From positions 88,786,252 through 88,850,251 of the forward strand of contig NC_068989.1 in the NCBI RefSeq assembly GCF_001194135.2: DNA of 64,000 nt, given 5' to 3'. Each line of letters opens with the position of its first letter. The first letter of the stretch is position 1. Below the pieces are notes generated by a model. The model ran no database searches and was not told the origin of the DNA. It worked only from the letters and a program-made list of their open reading frames with translations. The position numbers and the translations under genes are program-made. Shown here piece after piece: positions 1-12,100 of the stretch. This DNA is from Octopus bimaculoides (lineage: Eukaryota).

Positions 1-180
1 AGATTCCACCATTTAAAGATAGTAATGATGAAAAAAAGATGAAAAGATGTAAATGCATTGAAAGACATGATGGTCATGGCTAGAAAGCCTTTCGTTAAAC
101 AGTTGATCAGTAAGAAGCTTTAGATTAAATCTGTCAGATATTTGTCATATATTTTGAAAGCTAAGGTATAATATATCTGT

Positions 181-560
181 GGCACTCCGACGGTTACGAT
201 GATGAGGGTTCCAGTTCATCTGATCAACAGAACAGCCTGCTCGCGAATTTAACGTGCAAGTGGCTGAGCACTCCACAGACACGTGTACCCTTAACATAGT
301 TCTTGGGGAGATTCAGTGTGACACAGAGTGTGACAAGGATGACCCTTTGAATTACAGGCACAACAGAAACAGGAAGAAAGGGTGAGAGAAAGTTGTGGTG
401 AAAGAGTACAGCAGGGTTTGTCACCACCCCCTGCTGGAGCCTCGTGGAGCTTTTAGGTGTTTTTGCTCAATAAACACTCACAACGCCCGGTCTGGGAATT
501 GAAACCATGATCCTACAACCGCAAGTCCGCTGCTCTAACCACTGGGCCATTGCGCCTCCA
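181..560 (-). mobile_element. tRNA-headed SINE, family A
   Basis: Reverse complement starts TGGAGGCGCAATGGCCCAGTGGTTAGAGC...GGTTTCAATTCC; homologous to the copies at 12748-13046 and 26425-26801. Confidence 0.85.
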
Positions 561-3500
561 CTATAGTATATAGGAAATACTGAAGCATTGGGTCACATCC
601 AGATCTATGACCAGATAGACGTGTGCCATACGTGGGTCTGTCTGAAAGACTGACTTATGAAGCGGGGTGCTACACAACAACCATAATCACTTTTCTACTG
701 TAGGTACAAGACCTGAAATTTGAAGAAGGGGTTTGGTAGTTGACTACATCGACCCCCAGTGCTTAACTGGTATTTATTTCATTGACTCCTGATAGGATGA
801 AAGGCAAAGTCAAACTTGGCAAAATTTGAACTCAGATTGTAAAGAAACACAAACTGCCGCCCAGCATTTTGTCCTTCATGCTAGTAATTCTGCCATCTCG
901 TGGCCTTAGGTAACCCCTCAAACTGCATCTAAAGCTGCCCTCTGTTTACCCTGCTCCCTTCCTATTGGGTACAGTGATAAGTCAGTGAAGGCGATATTAG
1001 AATACAAATTACAGGTTTCTAAGTTCAAATGACTTTCAGTTAAAAGCATCCAAGCAGGTGGTTAGGAGGACCACATGGAGGAGTGAGAGTAAGAGAAGGA
1101 AATATACTGTGTTGGTGGGGCTATGCAATACATAGTATCAACTGTTGGTGTACTGTATTCCTCAGTATATCCTGGGACATGCAAGCCACCACACCACACG
1201 GAAACCAGACCCTGTAGTGGAGAAGGCTCGTTTAACCACATCAAACTACTCTTTCATCCTCCTCTTCAAATGATATTTAAATTGATAAAAGCTTCACCAA
1301 AGAGGAACTATTTTGTTCTAAGAGAATTAGTTTTATTCACATAAAGATTGAATCCCAATTTAATTACAAGGAAACAAAGAAAAAAACATGGGAAGGATTA
1401 AGCAGCAGAAGTTAGTGGAGAGGGAGTAGACCCCCAGAATGAATAGTCTGTTCTGCTGATATGACCATAATGGCATTGCTATTAGGAATGGCCAGTGACA
1501 TTTGCTGCTGCAGCCACTCCACTTCATGGGGCTCATTTCTCATATGGGCCGCAGTTATCCCAGTTTTGCAGAGGAAATCAGCAGTGCAGAATCCTCGAAC
1601 AGTTGAGGTTTTGATGGTGACCGGCACAAACTAATAGAAGTTGGTCAGGCTCCTGGAAACTGCTTGCCTCCCTCCTCCGCCAAAGGAAAGCAGTAGAATG
1701 ATGCTTACAAGGGAACCGGCTGACTGCTAAGTGCATCCTAAATCTAACAACAATGTTCCAGTGTTGAATGAGTTTTTGATTCTACCCCTCTGTCTTGGAC
1801 AGGCCTAGCTGAGACTTCCATTTAGTGTCGGTTGCACTACTAAGCCAAAGAATTTTATAAGTTCTCCATAAATTCCAATCTGGGAAACTACTGTGATCTT
1901 CTTTGATAGCTAGATCATTCCGCAGAACATCTCTCATGCATATCAATGGTCGACGCCCCACTGGCTAACTTGAAAGGATTGTGAGTCTTTGACAACATTC
2001 CAGATGCCAAGGGCACTACCATAGTCTACACTTGACTCAGAAATGTAGCCCTATCAAAAGGAAAAGCTGTAACAAAAAAACTGCTGGACAAAAGACAACC
2101 ACACACACACACACACACACACATATGTTAAGTCAGGTCGCTCATGAGTGACATGCAACCTAGTACAACCTTGTTGCATAGTTAAGCAGTCAGAGGCGAA
2201 ACAGGCAACACCAAGCTTATTTAGTGAGTAGGTTGGTCTTTGGACAGCTTGTGAGGTGAAAGACCCATCAAAGTTGGAGGAACTTGGGAGAGTGAAAGGC
2301 CATCCTATATAGAGATATATACATGTGTGTGTGTCAGCGTTGCATAAAAGGCACCACATAAAAACCTCCTGTGCTAATGTAACATAAAAAGTACCCATTA
2401 GACTCTGTAAAATGGCTGGCGTTAGAAAGAGCATCCAACCATAGAAACCAATGACAAAACAGACAATTGGAGCCTGGTGCAACCTTCCAGCTCCTGTCAA
2501 ACCATTCAAGCCATTACCAGCAAGGAAAATGAATGATAATGGTGATGATGGTGCATGAGAACTTATGAATTTCTTGTTTGGTAGCCTACCAGTGTGGGTT
2601 GGATTCTGAGCCATGGTGGGAGCTACCAACCCAGGAGATGGGGAACTCTGACGGAAAAACTTGAAGTATGTTAGTCATTGAATTTGTGACAAATATTTGC
2701 ACAGTTTTCTGCTCTCAGTATTTTTAAAAAGTGTGGCTGGTCCTACGCAAATCTTCTGAAAACATAATTTGTGTGGGTTGTCCAACAGTTATAATGTTGG
2801 CTGTAAAACCCTCGTATCCTGAAAGCAATGTGAGACTGCACTCTCTCTCTCTCTCTCTCTTTATATATATATATATCACTTGGTACCTCGTGCACCTGTT
2901 CAGGCAATGTCGGTTTGATGGAGGGAGTGAGCTAATATATGACACATTAGTTTGATCCCTATAAACATAACATCTGTGCAGGTCATATGTGTGTGTGTGT
3001 AAAAAGCACTCATGCTGGTAGTGGCACATTAAAAGCATCCAGCACATACTGTAAAGTGATTGGCATTAGGAAGGACATCCAGCTGTAGAAACTCTGCCAG
3101 ATCAGACTGGAACCTGGTGCAGCTCTGGTCAAATCGTCCGACTCATAGCAGCTTAGAAAATGCACGTTAAAGTTTGATACACAAACACATATATATGTAT
3201 ATATACATGGCATGTAAAATGCACCACTCAAGCATCGTCGTTGCCAGTGCCGCCTGACTGGCTCCTGTGCCGGTGGCAAATTGAAAAGTATCATTCAAGT
3301 GTGGTCGATGCCAGTATTGCCTGACTGGCCATCATGCCGGTAGCACATAAAAAGGACCCACTACACTCTCGGAGTGGTTGGCATCCAGCTGTAGAAACTT
3401 TGCCAGATCAGATTGGAGCCTGGTGCAGCCATCAGTCAAACCGTCCAACCCATGCCAGCGTAGAAAGTGGATGTTAAGTGATGATGATGGTGATGATGAT

Positions 3501-3936
3501 ATATATATATATTATTCATGTCAAGAATTTTTGTATAAAGTTTCAAGAAATGCCAGCTCACCATCTTAAACCTACAAATAATAGCATGTAAATATTGGTT
3601 GGAAAAACCCTTTTGGATAGAAAATGTCGAAAGCTGCTCGCACACAGATAGCAATTTTAATTTAATGCTGTTCCTATTGCATATACAGAGTCATATATAT
3701 ATATATATATATATATATTATGGAGATGTACTTGCATAGCAAGTGACCTGATCTGAGATCGTGTGCTAGAACAAAAACAATTGCAGCATGGAAGGTGTTT
3801 TTAAGCCATTTAAAACACATAAAAACTGTTAGATTCACTTCAACATTTAAATTTAATTTTCCCAAAATATTTTCGTCGCTTTGAGACTGTGACCTGTTCA
3901 CTGACAAAATTCCATGCTGCACACACACACACACAC

Positions 3937-3968
<32 letters not shown>

Positions 3969-4205
3969 ATACTTTATTTGTGCACAAATAAAGAAGCTTT
4001 ATCCACCCGTGTGGTGTTGAGCACTGATTCTCATTGTTCGATATTTGTGTGTGTATGAAGAGATTTAAAGCTAATCTTGATTGTGAATCATATTTTTAAT
4101 CCATGTAAATGTTAGCATACAGGGAGTGTTTGTGTCAAATTTTCCAGAATGTTCCTCACAAAATTTGACACTAAACTTTCACCATCTCTTATCTTTCATC
4201 TTCAG

Positions 4206-4398
4206 GTACATCTATAAGAAGGTCAAGATGGAATCACAAAAGCCTGGTGGGTGACTGTGCTGTTGTGAACTTCAGCAAGACCTTTTATTTTGATCATCAC
4301 AGTTTACCCAATCTAGGAGAGACTTGTATGATAAAATTGTGTTGTGGATTCTCATCTCATGCAGGAGTAGATGAGGATCATTCAGTCATTACAAAGAG
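4206..4398 (+). CDS. Probable internal coding exon of an unidentified gene (xTSIRRSRWNHKSLVGDCAVVNFSKTFYFDHHSLPNLGETCMIKLCCGFSSHAGVDEDHSVITK)
   Basis: Long polypyrimidine tract plus CAG acceptor; strong GAG|GTAAGT donor; exactly one open frame over 193 nt (phase 1/2); non-repetitive sequence. Protein not recognised. Confidence 0.6.
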
Positions 4399-4600
4399 GT
4401 AAGTTGATGTTTCACCACAGATCAATACTAATCCTACAGAGGAGAGACGTTCCAAAAGATGACCATCCCATCTTTTTAGGTCTTCTGTCGTTATTTGAGG
4501 TTTAATTCCAGGAGCTGACTGCTATATCCTACTCTTTGACACACAATATAGCAGATGATATGAGATGTATTTTACTTCTAGGAAATATAATGTAGAAACA

Positions 4601-4968
4601 AGGCGCAGGGGTGGCTGTCTGGTAAGTAGCTTGCTTACCAACCACATGGTTCCGGGTTCAGTCCCACTGCGTGGCACCTTGTGAGTGGATTTGGTAGATG
4701 GAAACTGAAAGAAGCCCGTCGTATATATGTATATATATATGTATGTGTGTGTATATGTTTGTGTGTCTGTGTTTGTCCTCCTGCCATTGCTTGACAACCA
4801 ATGGTGGTGTGTTTACGTCCCCGTAACCTAGCGGTTCGGCAAAAGAGACCGATAGAATAAGTACTAGGCTTCCAAAGAATAAATCCTGGGGTCGATTTGC
4901 TCGACTGAAGGTGGTGCTCCAGCATGGCCACAGTCAAATGACTGAAACAAGTAAAAGAGAGTAAAGAG
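4601..4968 (+). mobile_element. SINE family B (tRNA-like head, internal TA/TG microsatellite, GTAAAAGA tail)
   Basis: Homologous to many copies in the window; carries a deletion between two CCTTG microhomologies. Confidence 0.85.
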
Positions 4969-5636
4969 ATATCATCATCGTTATTTAACGTCCATTATCC
5001 ATGCTGGCATGAGTCGGACAGTTTGACCAGAGCTGGCAAGCTGAAGGGTTGCACCAGATTCTGGTCTAATTTGGCATGATTTCTACAGTAGGATGCCCTT
5101 CCTAACGACAACCGCTTCAAGAGTGTAGTGGGTGCCTTTAATGTGCCATGGAAATAGGTAAGAGGTACATGTTTATAATATTCTCAATGAATATTGTCAC
5201 ATACCTCTGCTGTAGAGGAATAAAAAAAAAATCTCTTGTAAAACATGACAGGAAGAGCATCCTGCGATAAAACACTGCTTTGTTTGTTATTTTACATCTG
5301 TTTGTGCAAAGCATGGGTTGAACAAATACCTTTGGAGTATTATTTTAATAACTTGATGCCTTTCCCATCACCAACCCATACCTGTTTTTCAAGTAAAGAA
5401 TTATTTATTCCACTCGTATTCAAAACGAAACGTCAACATTAGATCGCTGTTTTGTTCAAATAGTTTCATGTTGCAAAAATTTTAATTCGCATGCAACAAG
5501 CTTCCATACTGTTTCCATCTACCAATTCCACTTGGCCTGAAAGCTACAGTAGAAGACACTTTACCAAGGTGTTACACAATGCGATAGACATAGTCATTAG
5601 TCGTGTAACCAACTCTGTACACTTGCTACTTTCCAG

Positions 5637-5685
5637 AGATCTCTCCTCTGGGAGCTGCTTATCTCCCCTAGATATTAACATTTGA
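5637..5685 (+). CDS. Candidate terminal coding exon of the same unidentified gene ((R)DLSSGSCLSPLDINI*)
   Basis: TACTTTCCAG acceptor; the phase-2 join to the 4206-4398 exon is in frame to TGA at 5683-5685. Confidence 0.4.
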
Positions 5686-6813
5686 AACCAGTGACATACA
5701 ACTGAGAAATTAGCATATTGTTGAATGTAGGAGTAATACACTGGCTATGGTGCCTGCAGAACACATTGAATGAGCACAATATAAATATATATATATATAA
5801 TTAATGAATGACAAGGAAATAGAAATCATGTAATCAACTTCACTGACAAACAGTCTACATTCTAATGGCTCCAAGGAAGTCATAGGATGTTGCACAAGCA
5901 CTCAGCTCTGAGTGCACTGCTTCTTAGAGCAGAAACAGCTGTAAGCTACTGAAGTTGAGTACATGATTTCTGTTCCCTTGTTATTCATTGATATAATGCT
6001 CTGTACTTACCTAATGCTTTATCCCAAAGCATATTTGTATTCAGCTCTAACAACTAGTTATTAGTTTTACTATGCCTATGTGAAATATAAATATAAATAC
6101 ACACACATATACATGCATATATGTATACATACATATGCATCTTGATGCTGATGACATTTCATTAGTGGTCTCATTTCAACTGATGAGAAATGCTTTTTGG
6201 TTCTCTAAATTGTTAAATGCCACTTGAATTTTTAGATCAGACCTAAAGACAAATCAGTGAAGAATAAGGTGATCTTTGTCCAAAATGCACTAAACTGGAC
6301 TAATGGGGATGCGGGCTGAAGGTGAGATAAGATTAATTAATAGAGTTTAATGTTTAGGGAGAAAACTTCACAGGTCAGTTGATTGGCCGTGCAACATGCA
6401 TGATCTTGTAGCTTCAAGATTTCAATATGATATGATTGTTTATTTCTAGAATGACATTGTAAGGTAGGTGTGAGAGGCCAGATCTGGTCAGTATGTGGCT
6501 GGTTTAAATGGTCATTTGGTTATTAAGAGTCAGTAATAGCAGTAGTAAGTGGAGAAGAGTCGAGTGAAACAAAAGGCTTAGATGGGAATGGTTGGCTAGA
6601 GCAACGTTCTTTGTAATGGCAGTTGTTGAAGGGACAAAGAGAAGGCATAGTTCAGCAGAGACCAAGTGGATTGATATTTTTTGTTGAAAGGGACAAGCTA
6701 ACAGATGCATTCACATTAAATATTCCACTTCACATACAGAGAGGGGTTGTTGTAAACAAGTTCATTAAGACAGTTTATATTCTGGTGACCAATATCCTTT
6801 AAATATATTGTGC

Positions 6814-6874
6814 AGCATCTCTGGTGAAACAGTTGATGATTCAGCTGTTGGTGGTTCAATTCCACCTGGTGCTA
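6814..6874 (+). ncRNA. 61-nt tRNA-like fold with a reduced D arm (mascRNA-like or deleted tRNA pseudogene)
   Basis: Acceptor stem AGCATC/GGTGCT plus discriminator A; T arm GGTGG-TTCAATT-CCACC; central hairpin ACAGTTGA-TGAT-TCAGCTGT; followed by a T run. Confidence 0.5.
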
Positions 6875-7317
6875 TTCTTTTTTTTTTTTTTTAAATAAAG
6901 GGCATTGCTGTTATCCAGAATATCTAGACTGTTTATATCAATGTAATAGGGTCCCAAGTTCAATCATACTGCGTGACATGTTGGTATTTACTATATCCTG
7001 GGCTGATTAAAGTCACATGGGTGAAATTGGGGAAGAATGGAAACTGTGTGTAAGACTGTTGGTTGGGTTGTAGTTGTAATTCTAAAGCATTTCCTGTTGA
7101 CTCAAATATTTAGAACAAACTGAAATACAACATTGAGAATACTTTTAAAATTAAAATAGAACGTCAAACAAACACTGCTTTAAAACCTTAAAAAGAATAT
7201 TTATTGCTGGAATTAAAAATAAATATGTATAGCAATATATACATAAATGAGGGAGGGGGGCATAAAAAAATAATTGTCTTTGATTTTCAAAAAATAAATA
7301 ACGGGTGTCTGGTCTGG

Positions 7318-7429
7318 TTATTTTATATCAAGGAATTGTATGTCCATCTGTAGTAAGTAAGTTTTGGGCAGTGGTCGAGGAGCTGGTGCCAGCACTGTAA
7401 ACACTTGACGCTCGGCATCAACACTGGTT
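7318..7429 (-). CDS. CLP1: CLP1 exon 13, terminal ([36 protein letters not shown])
   Basis: TTTCAG acceptor; TAA at 7320-7318; candidate AATAAA on the minus strand at 7205-7200. Confidence 0.96.
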
Positions 7430-9111
7430 CTGAAATATAAAAAATAATAAAAAAAATTTCAGTTTTGAGCCCGTTTTATGGTTCAGCTATTAAATATATA
7501 CCAGTTAGATTTTAATAACTTTTCAATTCTATAGAAGTTGAAAAATATTTTCACTTTCTTACTGTGATAAATGACTACGTAGTTAATTATCATTAGCGTA
7601 TACTTAAGAATATTTTTTAATTCTTTTATTTGTTTCAGTCATTTGACTGCGACCATGCTGGAGCACTGCCATTTTAGTCGAACAAAACGATCCGAGGACT
7701 TATTCTTTGTAAGCCTAGTACTTATTCAATCAGTCTCTTCTGCTGAACCGCTAAGTTACGGGGACATAAATACACCAACATTGGTTGTCAAGCAATGATG
7801 GTGGGGACAAACACAGACACACAAACATATACAATGGGCTTCTTTTAGTTTCTGTCTAGCAAATCCAATCACAAAGCTTTGGTCGGCCTGAGGCTATAGC
7901 AGAAGACACTTGTCGAAGGTGCCACGCAGTGGGACTGAACCCAAAACCATGTGGTTGATAAGCAAGCTACTTACTACACAGCCACTCCTGCAAATACACA
8001 GGCACCCTTGTGCATGCACAGCCTCTTAAATAAAAATATTATTGACAGTGACTTCGAAGTTTTAACCAGTTAAGAAGCCATTGTCAGACTGCCAGTTGAA
8101 GTGTTCAAAGTCATTGTTAGTAATATTCTTGTTTAAGAATAATAAACCTGTACTCGACAAAAGCATAGTGTAACCCATCCGATTAATGTAAAATTGTTTT
8201 CATTTGACGTAGGAGTGGCTGTGTGGTAAGTAACTTGCTTACCAACCACATGGTTCCGGGTTCAGTCCCACTGCGTGGCACCTTGGCCAAGTGTCTTCCA
8301 CTATAGCGTTGGGCCAACCAAAGCCTTGTGAGTGGATTTGGTAGACGGAAACTGAAAGAAGCCTGTCGTATATATGTATATATATATGTATGTGTCTGTG
8401 TTTGTCCCCCCCCCACCATCGCTTGACAACTGATGCTGGTGTGTTTACATCCCCGTAACTTAGCGGTTCGGCAAAAAGAGACCGATAGAATAAGTACTAG
8501 CCTAATAAAGAATAAGTCCTGGGGTCGATTTGCTCGACTAAAGGCGGTGCTCCAGCATGGCCGCAGTCAAATGACTGAAACGATTAAAAGAGTAAAAAGA
8601 GAGAGTATAACTGAACATAAAAACAAAGTCGNNNNNNNNNNNNNNNNNNNNNNNNNNNNNNNNNNNNNNNNNCAGAGCTGTTGTAATTGGATGTACTTAC
8701 ACAACTACAAATCCCAGCACATTCACTTCGACTAGTTTTTCTAAAGTTGTGGCTGCACTCATACTTAACACATGATGCATTAAGTTCACACCTGAAAAAG
8801 ATTCATTGAATAAATACACAATACATAAATAACCAGCACTCAAAGAGCACAAACCTCTGCCAATGCAACACCAACATCCTCTCAACGATTAACTGGAGTT
8901 AATTTTCAAAATGAGAATATCTGAAATAAAATCCTTCAATGAATATCATGAGATCTTTTGATTTTCTCTTCTCTTAAATTCCGGTCTTCCTTTAGTAATC
9001 CTGTTGTTTTAGATCGATGGATAGAATTATGCAGATATGTAAGTATACTGTAAAGTATTAAAATGTATGTATAATCTCCTAATATAATAATGAGCAGTGT
9101 CTCTTTATATA

Positions 9112-9160
<49 letters not shown>

Positions 9161-12100
9161 GACAGAGCCGGAGTGAGGGTCAAAATAAAGTACCAGGCAT
9201 GTACTGGGGTTGATGCAATTGACTAATCTCCCCCTCCCCATAAAACTGCTGACCTTCCAGAGAATGTGGGAAACATCTGATTTCAATAACACTGGAGAGA
9301 GAGATAGAGAGTGAGACAGAAAGGCAGAGAGAGAGAAAGAGAGAGGGGGACACAGAAAGCAGAGAGAGGGAAAGATAAAGAGAGAGAAAGAAAAGGAGGG
9401 AGAGAGAGAAAGAGGGGGAGACAGAAGGGGAGAGAGAGAGGGGACAGATAAAGAGAGAGAAAGAGAAAAAGGGAGAGAGAGAAGGGAGACAGAAAGGCAG
9501 AGAGAGGAAGAGAGTGAGTGAGACAGAAAGGCAGAGAGAGAGAAAGGAGAAAGAGAGAGGGGGACAGATAAAGAGAAAGAGAAAAAGAGAGAGAGATGAA
9601 TTACCTGGTTGAACTGGAACAAGTTTTGTCTTACTGTCTTGTGATTTCATTCCCAATGGTAAACAAGAATCAGGTAAATGTGGACCTAAAGACAGAGAGG
9701 GAAAGAGAGAATAATCGCTCCATGCAAAACTATTACAGGGTTGTCAAATTAATAAGTTACAACTCTAGTTATTTTAACAAATTCCTTCAAATTATCGAGT
9801 ATTTAGAAAATAAATGTTAGCTCATAGCTCAGTACACTGCTGTTAGAGTGAACTGCTAAGTTTGTTTCATCTAATTGGAATGGCTTTTCATATCTGTGTC
9901 CCTTTAAGACAATATAAGGACACAGATATTGTGTCTTATGGCCAGCTGGAAACGATGTTTCTTGGGGTTAAACATCAGTAGCAGTTGTCCCTTCCAGGAC
10001 AGCCAAATTATGTAGGCAAATAGTCTTTAGCAGAAGACATTTGTACAGAAATAATAAAATATAGCAAACCACATTCACTGAAATAAAAATACAAAAAAAT
10101 AGGGATGATACATTGTATACTGCAGTGATATTCCTACTCCAAGTCTTGATAAAAAATGGGATGGATCATAACACCTCTGACTATAGGTGTGCCTGATCAA
10201 GGTAGACCTAGGGTTAAACAACAATTGCTAAAGCTGAGCTGATTAACTGACAATCTTTTACCTTGTTGTTCTAGTCATGCTGGGGCAACCACCTTTAGTC
10301 AAACGAATCAATACCAATGCTTATTTTTTTAAAGCCAGGTACTTATTCTATCAGTCGCCTTTTGGCGAACCACTAGGTTACAGGGACATAAACACACCAA
10401 TGCTGGTTGTCAAACGGCAGTGGGGGACAAACAGACACACACACACAGACGGGCTTCTTTCAGTTTCCATCTACCAAATCCACTCGCAAGGATTTGGTCA
10501 GCCTGAAGCTGTAGTAGAAGACACTTGCCCAAGAGGTCACGCAGTGGGACTGAACTTGGAATCATGTAGTTGGGAGGGCAGCCTTTTACCATACAGCCAC
10601 GCCTACGACAAAGAGAAAAAGTAATAGAATACTCACCCCCTATTTTGTAAATTTTGACATCAGTGAACTTCACCTCAAACGAATGAGGAAAGTATGTGTT
10701 TCTGATTCCATAGAAATATTCCCTGATTTTGCTGTCACGGCTTTCTGTTCTGCTGTGGGCGTTTCTCTCAACGACCTGATAACAACACAATATTAACACA
10801 CACATTATATATATATATATATACCTGGCATTAGGAAGGGCATCCAGCTGTAGAAACTCTGCCAAATTTAGATTGGAGCCTGGTGTTGCCATCCGGTTTC
10901 ACCAGTCGTCAGTCAAGTCGTCCAACCCATGCTAGCATGGAAAGCGGACGTTAAACGATGATGATATATATATTCTTTTATTTGTTTCAGTCATTTGACT
11001 GCAGCCATACTTGAGCACTGCCTTTAGTCGAGCAAATCGACCCCAGGACTCATTCTTTGGAAGCCTAGTACTTATTCTGAGATATTTTGCTGAACCGTTA
11101 AGTTACGGGGACGTAAAGATACCAACATCGGTTGCCAAGCGATGATGAGGGTACAAACACACACATACATATATATATATATATACATACATACACACAT
11201 ATATACGACCGGCTTCTTTCAGTTTCCATCTACCAAATCCACTCACGAGGATTTGGTCGGCTCGAGGCTGTAGTAGAAGACACTTGCTCAAGGCACCACA
11301 CAGTGGGACTGAACCTAGAACCATGTGGTTGGTAAGCAAGCTACTTACTACGCAGCCACTAGAAAGAGAGAGAGAGAACAAATGGCTAAGGTCAGTTTGG
11401 GTGTGAAGCTGGGGTATTTGCAGAGAAGCAATCAACCCGAATGCTGGGCTATCAGCATTGTCGTGATCCAAGCTAAAGCTGGAATACTTCTGGTGTAGAA
11501 AATCCAAGTTTCACAACAATTATACCGTCATATGCTTTGGCAAAGAGCAAATAATCCAATGAAAAGAAGAAGACAAAGAAAATTCTTTAAGACATCTTTA
11601 ACTATAAGTTACAAATGTTTCCGTACCATCTCCGTTTGCAACACCAGTTTACATGAAAATTCTAAAAGAAAAATCGTGTAATATTTGCAGTTTTAGACAT
11701 TGAAGAGGCACTTCCTCAGACTTGCATTTCTGCCAGCTTACCAACTTCTTTCAGCTTCTGTTTACATAATCCACTCACAAGATTTAGCCCAGGGCTATTG
11801 TAGAAGACCCCTGCTCAAAGTGCTGTGCAGTGGGACTGAACCCAAGATCACATAGTTCTGAAGCAAGAATCTTTACACAGCTGTGTCTGTGTGTGTATAA
11901 AACAGCTAATAGTTTGAGGGGTGGGTAAAATGTGAGAAAGAAGTCCTGATTCCTTACCCCTCCAGATTTTGGCAGCAGGATAACTTTCACGAAGTCTGGC
12001 ATATCTCGCACCAATTCATTGTACAATCTCTCTTGGTCTAACACTGCTATGATGTCCACTGAAAATAGATAACAAAAACGGTATGATGTGTGAGTGACCA

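Noticed and set aside
1400-2045. Stop-riddled coding-like segment, possibly an L1/Tx1 C-terminal relic on the minus strand
   Set aside because: Only vague motif resemblance; cannot be supported without a profile search.
2054-2629. 191-aa minus-strand ORF
   Set aside because: Crosses an (AC)n microsatellite and an RTE-type 3' repeat; no protein motif.
2585-2665. 81-nt candidate exon (TAG acceptor, GAA|GTATGT donor)
   Set aside because: Its open frame is phase 0/0 and cannot join the phase-1 acceptor at 4206; it abuts a repeat tail.
6792-6800. Second ATATCCTTT (U12 donor-like) on the plus strand
   Set aside because: No upstream exon and no downstream TCCTTAAC/AC partner found; a 9-mer can occur by chance in AT-rich DNA.
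8936-9656. 228-aa and 158-aa minus-strand ORFs
   Set aside because: Low-complexity S/L/F translations of the GA tract; only 9605-9656 is real (CLP1 exon 11).
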